From NCBI GenBank assembly GCA_039803205.1, contig JBDRYB010000001.1:171413-235412 (forward strand): a stretch of DNA of 64,000 nucleotides. The letters are read 5' to 3'. Made by a program: the position numbers and the translations under genes. Source of the DNA: a candidate division WOR-3 bacterium (GTDB lineage Bacteria > Hydrothermota > Hydrothermia > JBDRYB01). Below, piece by piece: positions 9,782 through 19,677 of this stretch. The notes beneath the pieces were generated by a model that saw only the letters and a list, made by a program, of their open reading frames with translations, made no database searches and was not told the origin of the DNA. Position 1 is the first letter of the stretch, and every line of letters begins with the position of its first letter.

Positions 9782-11308
9782 CTACCTGATTATCCTTGTG
9801 GTCCTTATCCGTCCCTGATACCTGAGCATGGCGAGACAGACGCCCTTTACACTTGGATTTGGAATGAAAGTGTGGCCGCCCCGGCTCAGGAGGCCCTCAC
9901 ATAGCCTCTGAACAAGCCTCCCTGAGGCATCGTAGAGATCCAAGGAGACCTCTCCGTCCTTCGGGAGGAAAAGGTATAGCCCCTTGCCCATTGGCCTGAG
10001 AATGAGAGTCTCTTCACCAAAGAGATCCTCTCTCTGGTAAAGCGAACCGCAACCACTCGCATTGTAGGGGTCATCTATGGCGAATATCCGGTAGCCCTGA
10101 GGATCGGGATCAAAAGTCCCTGTTATTATTTCTACACAACCGTCGCCGTCTATGTCTCCGGCAAAGGGCGAGTGAACATCACGAGCAAGAGCTATCCTCC
10201 AGGCTATTGAACCGTCTTCAGCGTTAATACAATAAAGGGTCTCAGTGCTAGCTTGAGAGGCTAAGAACTCTATGTTTCCGTCTCCATCTATATCTCCCGA
10301 AACTCCGGGCAAATGCACTGCTCCAGGAAGCGGCGTAGACCACTTCTGCGTCCCGTCTGAGCCTCTGAGACAATAGATATTGCAGTCAAAACTACCTATA
10401 ATCACCTCCATAGCACCGTCCTGGTCACAATCAACGAGGACAGGAGAACTATACACATCATTTCCCGTAGTGAAACTCCACTTTTGCGCGCCATCCGATC
10501 CGCTCAGGCAATAGAGTTTATCATCCCTGCTACCCACCAACACTTCTATTAATCCATCTCCATCACAGTCACCGAGAGTGGGTGAGCTATACACATTGCC
10601 CCCTGTAGTAAAAGACCATTTTAGTGTCCCGTTTGAGCCCCGAATGCAGTAGATCTTGTAGTCAATACTACCCACCACAACCTCTTTTGCGCCGTCCCCA
10701 TCAATATCCGCAATTGCTGGAGAGCTAGTTAAAACTATAGTGGGTTCCCCCGAGAAGCTCCATTTTTGGGTTCCGTTTGAGGCGCGAAGGCAATAAATGT
10801 AGCCATTGTTAACAGCCGCTATAACCTCTTTTTGTCCATCTCCGTCAACATCTACAATTGCGGGAGCACTTTCTATTCCGCTAGGAGCCGTAAATTTCCA
10901 TCTCTGAGTTCCATCTGACCCGGCTAAGCAGTAGAGGTTGTGATCATTTGAACCTATAACTACTTCGAGATTTCCATCGTTATCAACATCGCCCACCGCT
11001 GATGATGCATCAAAAATGCCTCCTGCCGTGAAGGCCCACTTCGGGGTTCCATCTGAGCCCCCGATACAATAGACCTTCCCGTCATGACTGCCCATGAGCA
11101 CCTCAGGGTTTCCATCGTTATCAACATCAGCTATAGCTGAGAACTGCCACTCAACCGCGTTTCCCGTTGCGAAGCGCCACTTTATTACCGGGGTTGTTAT
11201 GGCGCCTTTCATGAGCTGGACAGAGACATGCGTGGGATCTCCGCCCCACATGGGCCAGGTTCCATAGACCTGGCTTAGGATCACCATGATATATCCTGCT
11301 GCAGTCAT
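9782..11308 (-). CDS. Secreted FG-GAP/PQQ-like repeat beta-propeller with T9SS-like CTD
   Basis: Repeats SSPAIADIDGDG..EVVVGS.D..YC..GS.G..KW; CTD LYDASGRLV. Start reassigned to ATG 11308 (SD GGAGGTG). Confidence 0.8.
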   Translation of the reverse strand: MTAAGYIMVILSQVYGTWPMWGGDPTHVSVQLMKGAITTPVIKWRFATGNAVEWQFSAIADVDNDGNPEVLMGSHDGKVYCIGGSDGTPKWAFTAGGIFDASSAVGDVDNDGNLEVVIGSNDHNLYCLAGSDGTQRWKFTAPSGIESAPAIVDVDGDGQKEVIAAVNNGYIYCLRASNGTQKWSFSGEPTIVLTSSPAIADIDGDGAKEVVVGSIDYKIYCIRGSNGTLKWSFTTGGNVYSSPTLGDCDGDGLIEVLVGSRDDKLYCLSGSDGAQKWSFTTGNDVYSSPVLVDCDQDGAMEVIIGSFDCNIYCLRGSDGTQKWSTPLPGAVHLPGVSGDIDGDGNIEFLASQASTETLYCINAEDGSIAWRIALARDVHSPFAGDIDGDGCVEIITGTFDPDPQGYRIFAIDDPYNASGCGSLYQREDLFGEETLILRPMGKGLYLFLPKDGEVSLDLYDASGRLVQRLCEGLLSRGGHTFIPNPSVKGVCLAMLRYQGRIRTTRIIR

Positions 11309-11349
11309 CTTAACACCTCCGTGTGGTTTTTTGTTCCCAAGGAAAAATA

Positions 11350-11398
11350 AGGCCAGCCGGAGCAGAAACGGGAGGTGCAAGGATTCTCCGGCTGGCCT
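11350..11398 (-). other. Intergenic stem-loop with conserved 23-nt loop (terminator/attenuator-like)
   Basis: 13-bp perfect stem, loop AATCCTTGCACCTCCCGTTTCTG, followed by TATTTTT on the mRNA strand. Confidence 0.65.
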
Positions 11399-11402
11399 GG
11401 TC

Positions 11403-12923
11403 TCATTTTACAACCGCCTTCCCTTTTTGGTTTCCTGCTTTCCAAAAGTAGACCCCTGGCTCAAGGGTCAGCTTGTTCTCTCCCTTTTGGAGTCGCCTCG
11501 CGTAAACAACCCTTCCATCGGAGCTGTATATGTTTATTATTGTCTCCTCGTTCAAGAAAAACAGGGCGCCGCCGGGCGTAGGAGAATAAACTATCTCTGG
11601 CCTTGAAGGGTTGGAGACCTCCTCCGGGTTTAACGGAAGGCATACATCAGTTACGCTTAAGGTAGGAGTTGTTGAGGCTATACTGGGAGATGATATGCTT
11701 GGGGAACAATCCGTGCCAACATTCAGAGAGGATATGTTGGGGACTATATCCATAACGGTGGGCTCGCACTCCTGAACGCATCCAGGGTAGCTTCCATCAG
11801 AATTTACCATAAGAACAAGGAGATCATACCACCCTGCACCGAAGCTATCAGTGTATCCAGCAATCACATAGTTTCCGTCCGGGGTTTGAACTACAGAATG
11901 CGCTTCATCAAAGCCTAGGCCGCCGAACTTCCTGGCCCACTCTAAAGAACCATCGGGGGTTATCCTTAAAAGAAGGAAACTCCGGCCGCCGATGCCGGAG
12001 CTTTCTGTGTATCCAGCAACCGCATAGGTTCCGTCAGCGTTTTGGATTATGGACCAAGCTCCATCATAATGAGTGCCACCGTATGTCTTGGCCCAGGCCA
12101 GAGAACCATCAGAATTGAGCTTGAGGATGAGGAGATCGTATTCGCCCGCCCCAAAACTCAGAGTAGCACCAACGACCATAAACCCCTCATCCACCGTCTG
12201 AATTATGGAATATCCCTCGTCAGAAGCCGGCCCTCCTAACATCTTGCCCCACTCAAGAGAGCCATCGGGGTTGAGCTTGAGCACGAGAACATCATAATCG
12301 CCGCCAGCATAGCCATTTCCTCGGCCTGCTACTGCGTAACCGCCGTCCGCAGTCTGAATTATGGAGAAAGCTTCATCGGTGCGCGTTATCTCCCCGTATG
12401 TCTTGGCCCAGGCCAGAGAACCATCAGAGCTCAGCTTTACAACGAGGAAATCTATCATAAAGGAGTAGCTATCCGTCCATCCGGCGAGCGCATAGCCTCC
12501 GTCTTGGGTTTGGACTATAGAATAAGCATACTCGCTTAATTGGTCTCCCAATGTCTTGGCCCAGATGAGCGAACCGCTAGAGTTAACTTTGAGAATGAGG
12601 ACATCGTTATTTCCCGCGCCGAAACTCTCCGTAGAACCAACTACCACATATCCTCCGTCTGAGACCTGTTTCACGCAGAACCCCCCTTCATAGTTGTTGC
12701 CCCCAAATGTTCTGGCCCAGACCGGAGAACCGTCGGTGTTCACCTTAAATAGCAAGAGATCGTAATCACCCGCGCCAAAGCTCTTCGTAGCCCCTACTAT
12801 AGCAAACCCCCCATCTGTTGTCTGCGCAACAGACCAAGATTCGTCCCAAGAGATACCGCCATATGTCTTAGCCCAAAGGCTTTGTCCCATCAAGGTGGTC
12901 GCTATGATATATGCGCTTATCAT
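11403..12923 (-). CDS. Secreted 52-aa-repeat beta-propeller, paralogue 1
   Basis: Seven repeats of WAKTYGG..D.A.SI.QT.DGGY.V.G.T.SFGAG..D.L.LK; Cys/Ser/Thr/Pro linker; CTD IYSSDGRVVY...LEPGVYFW...KGKAVVK. Confidence 0.85.
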   Translation of the reverse strand: MISAYIIATTLMGQSLWAKTYGGISWDESWSVAQTTDGGFAIVGATKSFGAGDYDLLLFKVNTDGSPVWARTFGGNNYEGGFCVKQVSDGGYVVVGSTESFGAGNNDVLILKVNSSGSLIWAKTLGDQLSEYAYSIVQTQDGGYALAGWTDSYSFMIDFLVVKLSSDGSLAWAKTYGEITRTDEAFSIIQTADGGYAVAGRGNGYAGGDYDVLVLKLNPDGSLEWGKMLGGPASDEGYSIIQTVDEGFMVVGATLSFGAGEYDLLILKLNSDGSLAWAKTYGGTHYDGAWSIIQNADGTYAVAGYTESSGIGGRSFLLLRITPDGSLEWARKFGGLGFDEAHSVVQTPDGNYVIAGYTDSFGAGWYDLLVLMVNSDGSYPGCVQECEPTVMDIVPNISSLNVGTDCSPSISSPSIASTTPTLSVTDVCLPLNPEEVSNPSRPEIVYSPTPGGALFFLNEETIINIYSSDGRVVYARRLQKGENKLTLEPGVYFWKAGNQKGKAVVK

Positions 12924-12970
12924 GAGTTAATCGCTCCTTTTACGACAAAAGATGTGGCTTTCTGAGGAGA

Positions 12971-13021
12971 TGGGCTGGCTCCGGGTATTCCGGGAGGTGC
13001 GAGGGTTCCAGAGCCAGCCCA
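12971..13021 (-). other. Intergenic stem-loop with conserved 23-nt loop
   Basis: 14-bp stem (one U-G pair on the minus strand), loop AACCCTCGCACCTCCCGGAATAC. Confidence 0.65.
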
Positions 13022-13027
13022 CAAACC

Positions 13028-14530
13028 TCATCTTACGATGGCTTTCCCTTTGTATGTTGTAACCTGCCACAGGTATACCCCTTGTTCAAGCCCTATACGG
13101 GTTTCGCCCTTCCTGAGTTCCCCTGAGTATACAAGTCTTCCATCTGGTTTATACATCCTTATACTCACCTCCTCTGAGGCGACGAAAACCAATCCACCCG
13201 GGACTGCGTGGCAGGTTATTCCTGGTTTCTGCACCGTGATGCGGTCTTTTAGGTTTAGAGGCGGGCACATATCTGTTATCGTTAAACTAGGAGCAGTTAT
13301 AGATAGGTTTGGAACTGAGATATCTGGAGAGCAAGGCGCCGCCCCTGATACCGAGAATACGCTTATGGAAGGCGTTGAGACGATCGGATTACAAGGGATA
13401 GCGCATCCCGGGTAGTTCCCTGAGGTGTCCAAACTAAAGGCAAAAATGTCAAAGACCCCATCGCCATGTCGGCCTGCTACCGCAAACCCTCCATCATTAT
13501 TTTGGATCACAGAAGATGCGTATTCCCAAATCCCTCCCCCTACGGTTCTACCCCAGGCGACCGAAGCATCTGAGTTCAGCTTGATGAGAAGGGCATCATC
13601 ATTGCCAGCCCCAAAACTCCCTGTGGAGCCGGCCAAAACATAGCCTCCGTCAGCGGTCTGAATCAGGGAATAAGCGTGGTCAAAGGAGGACCCTCCGTAT
13701 GCCTTTGCCCAACTCAGAGAACCATCTGGGTTCAGTTTTAGGAGAAGAGCCTTGGGATAAGTGCCGAAGTTGTAGGATTCCCCTGCTACCATGAGTCCGC
13801 CGTCTGCTGTTTGAGCTATAGAGTATGCGAAATCATTGTAGTCTCCTGTGCTAAATGCCCTCCCCCAGGCGGGCGAGCCGTCCGAGTTCAGCTTCAGAAC
13901 AAAAATATCAAAACCAGTTAAAGAAAAAACCCCGTGGCCAGTCACAGCATATCCGCCGTCCGATGTCTGGATTATGGAGTAAGCAGTGTCAACATAATTA
14001 GTGGCTCCGAAAGTCCTCGCCCAGGCAATTGAGCCGTCAGGGTTCAACCTGAGGATAAGATCACTGCCACTTATATCACCGCCGAAGCTAATTGTGTTGC
14101 CAGCAAGAGCGTAGCCACCGTCTGATGTCTGAGTTAAAGAATGGGCCTCGTCAGAGCTTGTTCCTCCGTATGTCCTGGCCCAGGAGAGGGAACCATCGGG
14201 TTCCAATTTGATGACGAGGAAATCAGAAGCTCCCGCGCCAAAGCTCCTTGTATATCCCCCAACCAGATACCCTTGGTCTGAGGTTTGGATTACCGAGAAA
14301 GCCCTATCATCATCCGGTCCCCCGTATGTCCTGGCCCAGGAGAGGGAACCATCGGGCCCCAGCTTGATGACGAGGAAATCACAATTACCTGCCCCAAAGC
14401 TACTAGTATATCCTGCGATGACATAGCCGCCTTCCGCAGTCGGAGCTATAGAGTAGGCCAAATCCTGACTAGCTCCTCCATAAGTCTTGGCAAAGAGGCT
14501 CTGAAGTATCGTTAGGATTAACCATGTCAT
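13028..14530 (-). CDS. Secreted 52-aa-repeat beta-propeller, paralogue 2
   Basis: Same repeat, GNYPGC linker and CTD as its neighbours; SD GGAGG. Confidence 0.85.
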   Translation of the reverse strand: MTWLILTILQSLFAKTYGGASQDLAYSIAPTAEGGYVIAGYTSSFGAGNCDFLVIKLGPDGSLSWARTYGGPDDDRAFSVIQTSDQGYLVGGYTRSFGAGASDFLVIKLEPDGSLSWARTYGGTSSDEAHSLTQTSDGGYALAGNTISFGGDISGSDLILRLNPDGSIAWARTFGATNYVDTAYSIIQTSDGGYAVTGHGVFSLTGFDIFVLKLNSDGSPAWGRAFSTGDYNDFAYSIAQTADGGLMVAGESYNFGTYPKALLLKLNPDGSLSWAKAYGGSSFDHAYSLIQTADGGYVLAGSTGSFGAGNDDALLIKLNSDASVAWGRTVGGGIWEYASSVIQNNDGGFAVAGRHGDGVFDIFAFSLDTSGNYPGCAIPCNPIVSTPSISVFSVSGAAPCSPDISVPNLSITAPSLTITDMCPPLNLKDRITVQKPGITCHAVPGGLVFVASEEVSIRMYKPDGRLVYSGELRKGETRIGLEQGVYLWQVTTYKGKAIVR

Positions 14531-14564
14531 AATGAAACCTCCGTGGCTTTGTTTGCAGGTATCA

Positions 14565-16034
14565 TTACTTCACGATCCCTTTTCCTCTGTATGAACCTGC
14601 CCTCCATATGTAGACTCCCCTTCTGAGATCTATTCTGGTAGAACCCTTACGAATCCTTCCAAAATAAACAAGTCTGCCATCATAGGCATAGAGATCGATC
14701 TCGGATTCTATTACGGATCTGAAAACCAGGCCACCCGGAACTGAGAAGCAGGTAATCGGAGAGAGGGGGGGTTCTGTCTCCCTATCATAAAGAGAAGGGC
14801 AAAGGTCATTGGATACCAGAGAAAGGCTAATAGGACTCATAACCGGATTCCCCACCGAGATAGCCCATGCAGCTGTGGGAACCTGTGGAGAGGAGATATT
14901 TAATGTGGGTTCCATGATGATGGGGTTGCAATCCTGGACACAGCCCTGATAGTCACCGTTAACTCCTATTCTCATAACGATAGCCCGGCTAGATGTGGCA
15001 GAGATGGGGTAACCGCAAATGATGAATCCGGCGGCATTCTGACGGATGGAATATGCCCTTTCTTCGCCTCCGGCTCCAAAAGTCTTAGCCCATTCCAAGC
15101 TCCCGTCCGAAGCCAGTTTCGCGATAATGAAATCCGTGATACCACTACCGAAGCTCTTAGTCCAGCCCGCTGAGGCACACCCCCCATTATCTACTTGCGT
15201 TACTGACCATCCATACTCGTAGTCCGAACCCCCAAGGGTTTTCGCCCAGATCAAGCTCCCGTCAGAAGAGAGCTTGAGGATGGCCATATCGTAACTGCCA
15301 GCACCGTAGGCATTGGTGAATCCTGTTACATAGAGACTGAGATCAAATCCGATATCAACCCCATGGAACTCTAAGCCGTCAAACACTCTAGCCCATTGGG
15401 GGTTGCCATCCCACTGGAGTTTTAGCACTATCCCACCCTGATCCTTGCGCCCCACCACGATATACCCTCCATCCGAGGTCTTAGTAAGGCTGAAACCGTT
15501 TTCGATACCAGCATCACCGTACTGCTTAGCCCACTGAAGAGAACCTGTAGAGTTCATCTTGATAACGGTGATCTGGGGATCCAAAGCCGCGTCCCAGGTG
15601 TATCCCGCTATTACGAGTCCGTTATCCGGGCTCTCAACCAAACCGAAAGCGTAGTCATAACTATTTGTCCCCCCCACTATCCTTGCCCAGCGGAGCGCCC
15701 CGTCTGATCCGAGCTTTAGGACTATGAGATCATATCCTCCGCCAAAACTGTTGGTATACCCGGCTACACCGAAGTCCCCATCGGAACACTCTATTATTGC
15801 CTCTCCTCTGTCATCTCCTGAATCCCCAAAGACATTAGCCCACTCTACACTCCCGTCTTGGGATAGCTTGAATACCAGGAGGTCCCTAGAACCTCCCCAT
15901 GTGGTCGTGTAATTGCCCACAGCGGCATATCCCCCATCAGCGGTAGGGGTTATCCAATTGACTTCTATATGGGGAGGTCCGTATTCCTTAGCCCAAACCC
16001 CAATTAGGATATCCAGGAAAAACCATCCAAGCAT
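14565..16034 (-). CDS. Secreted 52-aa-repeat beta-propeller, paralogue 3 (diverged)
   Basis: Degenerate repeats, GDYQGCVQDC linker, CTD LYAYDGRLVY...GVYIW. Confidence 0.8.
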   Translation of the reverse strand: MLGWFFLDILIGVWAKEYGPPHIEVNWITPTADGGYAAVGNYTTTWGGSRDLLVFKLSQDGSVEWANVFGDSGDDRGEAIIECSDGDFGVAGYTNSFGGGYDLIVLKLGSDGALRWARIVGGTNSYDYAFGLVESPDNGLVIAGYTWDAALDPQITVIKMNSTGSLQWAKQYGDAGIENGFSLTKTSDGGYIVVGRKDQGGIVLKLQWDGNPQWARVFDGLEFHGVDIGFDLSLYVTGFTNAYGAGSYDMAILKLSSDGSLIWAKTLGGSDYEYGWSVTQVDNGGCASAGWTKSFGSGITDFIIAKLASDGSLEWAKTFGAGGEERAYSIRQNAAGFIICGYPISATSSRAIVMRIGVNGDYQGCVQDCNPIIMEPTLNISSPQVPTAAWAISVGNPVMSPISLSLVSNDLCPSLYDRETEPPLSPITCFSVPGGLVFRSVIESEIDLYAYDGRLVYFGRIRKGSTRIDLRRGVYIWRAGSYRGKGIVK

Positions 16035-16049
16035 CTCGTTCCTCCTTCC

Positions 16050-17552
16050 TCACCTTACAACTGCTTTACCTTTGTATTGTCCGGATTCCCAAAGATAGAC
16101 TCCCTGGTCCAGGTTTATACGGTTTTCGCCCCTTAGGAGATCACCGCAATAAACGAGCCTCCCATCAGAAGAATATACTCTGAGGCCAGTAGCCATCTGG
16201 CTTATAAAAACGAGACCACCGCTTACAGAAGCGGCTACCACATGGGGCGAGAAATTAAAGGTGTCCTCGCTTGAACCCTCGTAAACAGGGACCGAGGCGC
16301 AGAAATCTGCCTGTGTGGGAGTAACTGGATCGAAGGTAGCGTTATAGTTGTTGGAGGTTATGGATACCGTGGTTGTGGTTATTCCAGGAACATCCTCAAC
16401 GGCTACCACATCGTTCGGGATAAGGGAGGCATCCGACACGCAGTTGGGATATTCCCCGTTTGCCGCTATCTTCATAACAAACATATCCTCATCAGTTGAT
16501 ATACTACCCTTGCCAGCAAAAACCAAGGTCCCGTCCGATGCTTGGATGACATCCCGGAAGTGCCACCATCCAGATGGACTCGCTGGAAACCTCTTTTGCC
16601 ACCTCAATGTCCCGTCCGGCCCTATTCTGAGAGCCACGCCTCCGTTTCCACCCGCCACCACATAGTCACCGCCAGAAAGCTGTATTCCAGAATAACCCCA
16701 CTCATACCCTGAGGTGCCAAAGGATTTCGCCCACTCCAAGGCCCCATCGGAGGCTACCTTCAGAACGAGGATGTCGTTTTGGCCAGCCCCAAAGCTATAT
16801 GTGGTTCCAACGACCAAGAAGCCCCCATCAGAGGTTCCGGTTATGGAATGCCCGGCATCATAATTCGTGCCGCCATAGGTTTTTGCCCAAATTACAGTTC
16901 CATCCGTGCCAACCTTAATCACTATCACATCTCCTTTGGGGTCCCCAAAGCTCTTAGTGTAGCCCGTTATCGCGTAGCCACTGTTATCAACCGCCTTAGC
17001 AACAGAATAGCCATAGTCTTCGCCGCTTCCTCCATAGGCCTTTGTCCAATTTATGCCCCCGCTACTACTGAGTTTCGCGAGCGCGATGTCCCAGTTGTTT
17101 CCGCCGAAGGTACCTGCAACTAGGAAATCGCTAGCCGAACTCTGGATCAGATCCTCGGCATATATGTTGCGATTCGCGAGAGAGTAGGTCTTTATCCACT
17201 GCAAGGATCCGGATGAGCTCACCTTGGCCAAAAGAAAATTCCAATAGAAGAATGGGGATTCTTGCCCGCAAACCAACAAGCTCCCGTCTGAGAGCTGGAG
17301 CACGGATACGGCCCGATGGTTATTCCCGCTCAGCCACCTACACCATTCTCTCGTCCCGTCCTGGCTAAGCTTCAGAAGCATGAGATTCTCAAACCCATTT
17401 GATTCTTCGTATCCTGCTACCGCATATCCGCCATCTGTTGTCTGGATCAATGAAAAGGCCGCTTCGTTCATATACGGGTCCCATCCTTCCCAGCCATATC
17501 CTTTGGACCAAAGAGTCTGGCCCAGCGCAACAAAGATGATTATCCCTGACAT
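16050..17552 (-). CDS. Secreted 52-aa-repeat beta-propeller, paralogue 4 (diverged)
   Basis: Degenerate repeats, GEYPNC linker, CTD VYSSDGRLVY...GVYLW. Confidence 0.8.
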   Translation of the reverse strand: MSGIIIFVALGQTLWSKGYGWEGWDPYMNEAAFSLIQTTDGGYAVAGYEESNGFENLMLLKLSQDGTREWCRWLSGNNHRAVSVLQLSDGSLLVCGQESPFFYWNFLLAKVSSSGSLQWIKTYSLANRNIYAEDLIQSSASDFLVAGTFGGNNWDIALAKLSSSGGINWTKAYGGSGEDYGYSVAKAVDNSGYAITGYTKSFGDPKGDVIVIKVGTDGTVIWAKTYGGTNYDAGHSITGTSDGGFLVVGTTYSFGAGQNDILVLKVASDGALEWAKSFGTSGYEWGYSGIQLSGGDYVVAGGNGGVALRIGPDGTLRWQKRFPASPSGWWHFRDVIQASDGTLVFAGKGSISTDEDMFVMKIAANGEYPNCVSDASLIPNDVVAVEDVPGITTTTVSITSNNYNATFDPVTPTQADFCASVPVYEGSSEDTFNFSPHVVAASVSGGLVFISQMATGLRVYSSDGRLVYCGDLLRGENRINLDQGVYLWESGQYKGKAVVR

Positions 17553-17593
17553 AGTTCACGCTCCTTTCGTTTTTGGTTTCGCATAGCGCCTAT

Positions 17594-17627
17594 ATTTTAC
17601 GGAAGGGTCTAGAACAAAACTAGAACA
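17594..17627 (-). promoter_or_regulatory. Promoter of the propeller cluster with a direct-repeat operator
   Basis: CTAGAACA at 17609 and 17620 (11-bp period), 9 nt upstream of a minus-strand TAAAAT (17594-17599). Confidence 0.6.
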
Positions 17628-17681
17628 GATCAGCGGCAGAACTTGACTTCGTCTGAAGGTATGCCTTAAAATTAATTTCTC

Positions 17682-19253
17682 ATGGACACATACGAATTGG
17701 TCGCTGATGGACTGAATTTTCTTAGAGACGCCAAGGATTCGGCAATGGTGGAGGATTATCTTCTCTCGTTAAAGGAGGTTGACCCCCTCGCGTGGCTTAT
17801 TTTGAAAGCGAGATACGCGTGTGCGCAATGGAGGAGCGGTGAGGCTTTACAGAAGGGGAGGAGCTTACTCTCAAAGGTCGCTGGCGACGCGCGTCTTACC
17901 GCTTTCCTGTTTAATCTTCTTGGAGTTGCACAGATGCGAACCGGAAATCTCTCGGCGGCCATGGGCTGGTTCTCAAAGGTTCTGGAAATTGATGATCCTG
18001 CGGTGAAAACTGAGGCCATGTCCGCCAGGTTGAACCTCATGGCCTGCAAATTCATGATGGGCGAATATGGATCTCTTTACAGAGACATAGAGCTAGCCAC
18101 CTCAGAATACTCTCTAGGAGACAACCCCAGGATCCGCTTTCTCAGCGCCGCACTCAGGCTGATCCAGGGGGAACCGGAAAAAGCATTCGGTATCCTCAGC
18201 TACCTCAGTGATGAGAAACTATCAATCAGCGAGCGGAATAACGGAATAGAGCTGAAAGGGTTGGTTCTGAGATTCTTGAAAAGGTTCCACGAATCCCGAA
18301 ATGCCTTTATAACTTCTATTCAGGGATATGCCAACTTCGGGAGCGCTTACGCGCCCTTTCCTTGCGCTAAGGCTCTGCAACTGAGCAGGTTTGCTGGCAT
18401 TGAGCCTCCGCCTGTGGCTCTGGTAAGGAAATGTTTAACCCTTGCTAAAAAGGGTGGTTGGAGCGAGCAGGCCGCAGCTCAGGAGGTTAAAGCCCTCCTC
18501 ATAGAGGATGACAGAGAATGCTCCGAGGCCCTGTTTGCCGCAGCTCAAGGATACAGTAGGGCAAATCAACTCTTTGAGGCGTGTCTAACAGGTCTATCAG
18601 CCGCTTACCTGGCCTGGAAAACCGAATCCTCAGTTTTCCCATCAGTTCTGAAGTTTCTTGCTCACCTAGCGCCTTTGCACCCTGGGTTTAAGTGCGATCC
18701 TATTCTGGGGAAGTTCTTTCAAAAAATTGAGCCCCTGCTTTTTGATGAGGGAGGGGAAAACCGCGGTATAAGAGCTTACCTTATTGGTGGGCTGAGGGTA
18801 TATGTTGGCGGTGAGAAAATACACCCCCTGAACTGGCGGTCAAAGCGGGCCGCAAAAGCTCTAATCTATTTACTTCTGTCGCCAAACCACAGGATACCCA
18901 CTGACCACCTTTTCTATCTTCTCTGGCCCAGGAGGGACTATAAGAAGCCTGGGAACAAAGCGCTTCTATACAAAGCGATATACACCATAAGAGAGGCCCT
19001 TGGGGATCGCGCGCTCCTGACAAAGCGCCACGATTTTTACCAGCTAGAGGATGTTTGGACAGACCTGTGTGAGATTGAAAGCCTTATGAGGCTAGCTGAT
19101 ACAGCGCGCGATCCTGCAGAAAAAGAGGAGTATCTCGCCAGAGCACGAAAATTTGCGGGGGGCGAACTCCTCCCTGAGCTTCCATATGACCGGCACATTG
19201 AGGAGTTCAAGGAGCACTATAAAAGGCTGAGGAAAAGGCTTGGCTTGGAGTAA
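17682..19253 (+). CDS. Transcriptional regulator: N-terminal TPR-like region, C-terminal SARP/AfsR-like wHTH and partial BTAD
   Basis: IRAYLIGGLRVYVGGEKI...WRSKRAAKALIYLL...LWP...LYKAIYTIREALG...VWTD...GELLPEL; TTGACT-18-TAAAAT upstream. Confidence 0.75.
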   Translation: MDTYELVADGLNFLRDAKDSAMVEDYLLSLKEVDPLAWLILKARYACAQWRSGEALQKGRSLLSKVAGDARLTAFLFNLLGVAQMRTGNLSAAMGWFSKVLEIDDPAVKTEAMSARLNLMACKFMMGEYGSLYRDIELATSEYSLGDNPRIRFLSAALRLIQGEPEKAFGILSYLSDEKLSISERNNGIELKGLVLRFLKRFHESRNAFITSIQGYANFGSAYAPFPCAKALQLSRFAGIEPPPVALVRKCLTLAKKGGWSEQAAAQEVKALLIEDDRECSEALFAAAQGYSRANQLFEACLTGLSAAYLAWKTESSVFPSVLKFLAHLAPLHPGFKCDPILGKFFQKIEPLLFDEGGENRGIRAYLIGGLRVYVGGEKIHPLNWRSKRAAKALIYLLLSPNHRIPTDHLFYLLWPRRDYKKPGNKALLYKAIYTIREALGDRALLTKRHDFYQLEDVWTDLCEIESLMRLADTARDPAEKEEYLARARKFAGGELLPELPYDRHIEEFKEHYKRLRKRLGLE

Positions 19254-19341
19254 AGCCCTTTCTTCATCCCCTCTTGAAGATCTCGTAGATGTATCCTCTG
19301 GAGAAGGGGGCCTAGGGAAGGTTTTGGGTAAGGGTCAGAGA

Positions 19342-19677
19342 CTAGGGTTTATCATCCGGTTCCGGCCTCTCCTGGGTGAACTGGGGCATGAAACCGATCC
19401 TCTTGCCCTCCTCTTCTCCTGGTATCCTTATCTCGCCAAAACGGGCCTCGTATTTCCTTATGTTGTCCTCTATGGTCCGTAGGAGGAGTTTGGCGTGCTG
19501 GGGAGTCATGATGACCCTCGTCTCAACCTTTACCTTCTGCACGCCGGGCACGACACGGCCGAAGTCAAAAACGAACTCCGATGGGCTGTGGGTTATCAGG
19601 ACGAAATTTGAGTATGTCCCATCCCAAGCGTTTTCCGGAAGCTCAATCTGGAGATGCGGAGGGGGCAAATCCTTCAT
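19342..19677 (-). CDS. DUF3467 family protein
   Basis: GTYSN..LITHSPSEFVFDF...RVIMTPQHAK..L.DNIRKYE..FGEI. Confidence 0.85.
   Translation of the reverse strand: MKDLPPPHLQIELPENAWDGTYSNFVLITHSPSEFVFDFGRVVPGVQKVKVETRVIMTPQHAKLLLRTIEDNIRKYEARFGEIRIPGEEEGKRIGFMPQFTQERPEPDDKP

Noticed and set aside
11350..13021. Integron attC sites between the tandem genes
   Set aside because: No RYYYAAC/GTTRRRY core boxes flank the hairpins, and no integrase is present.
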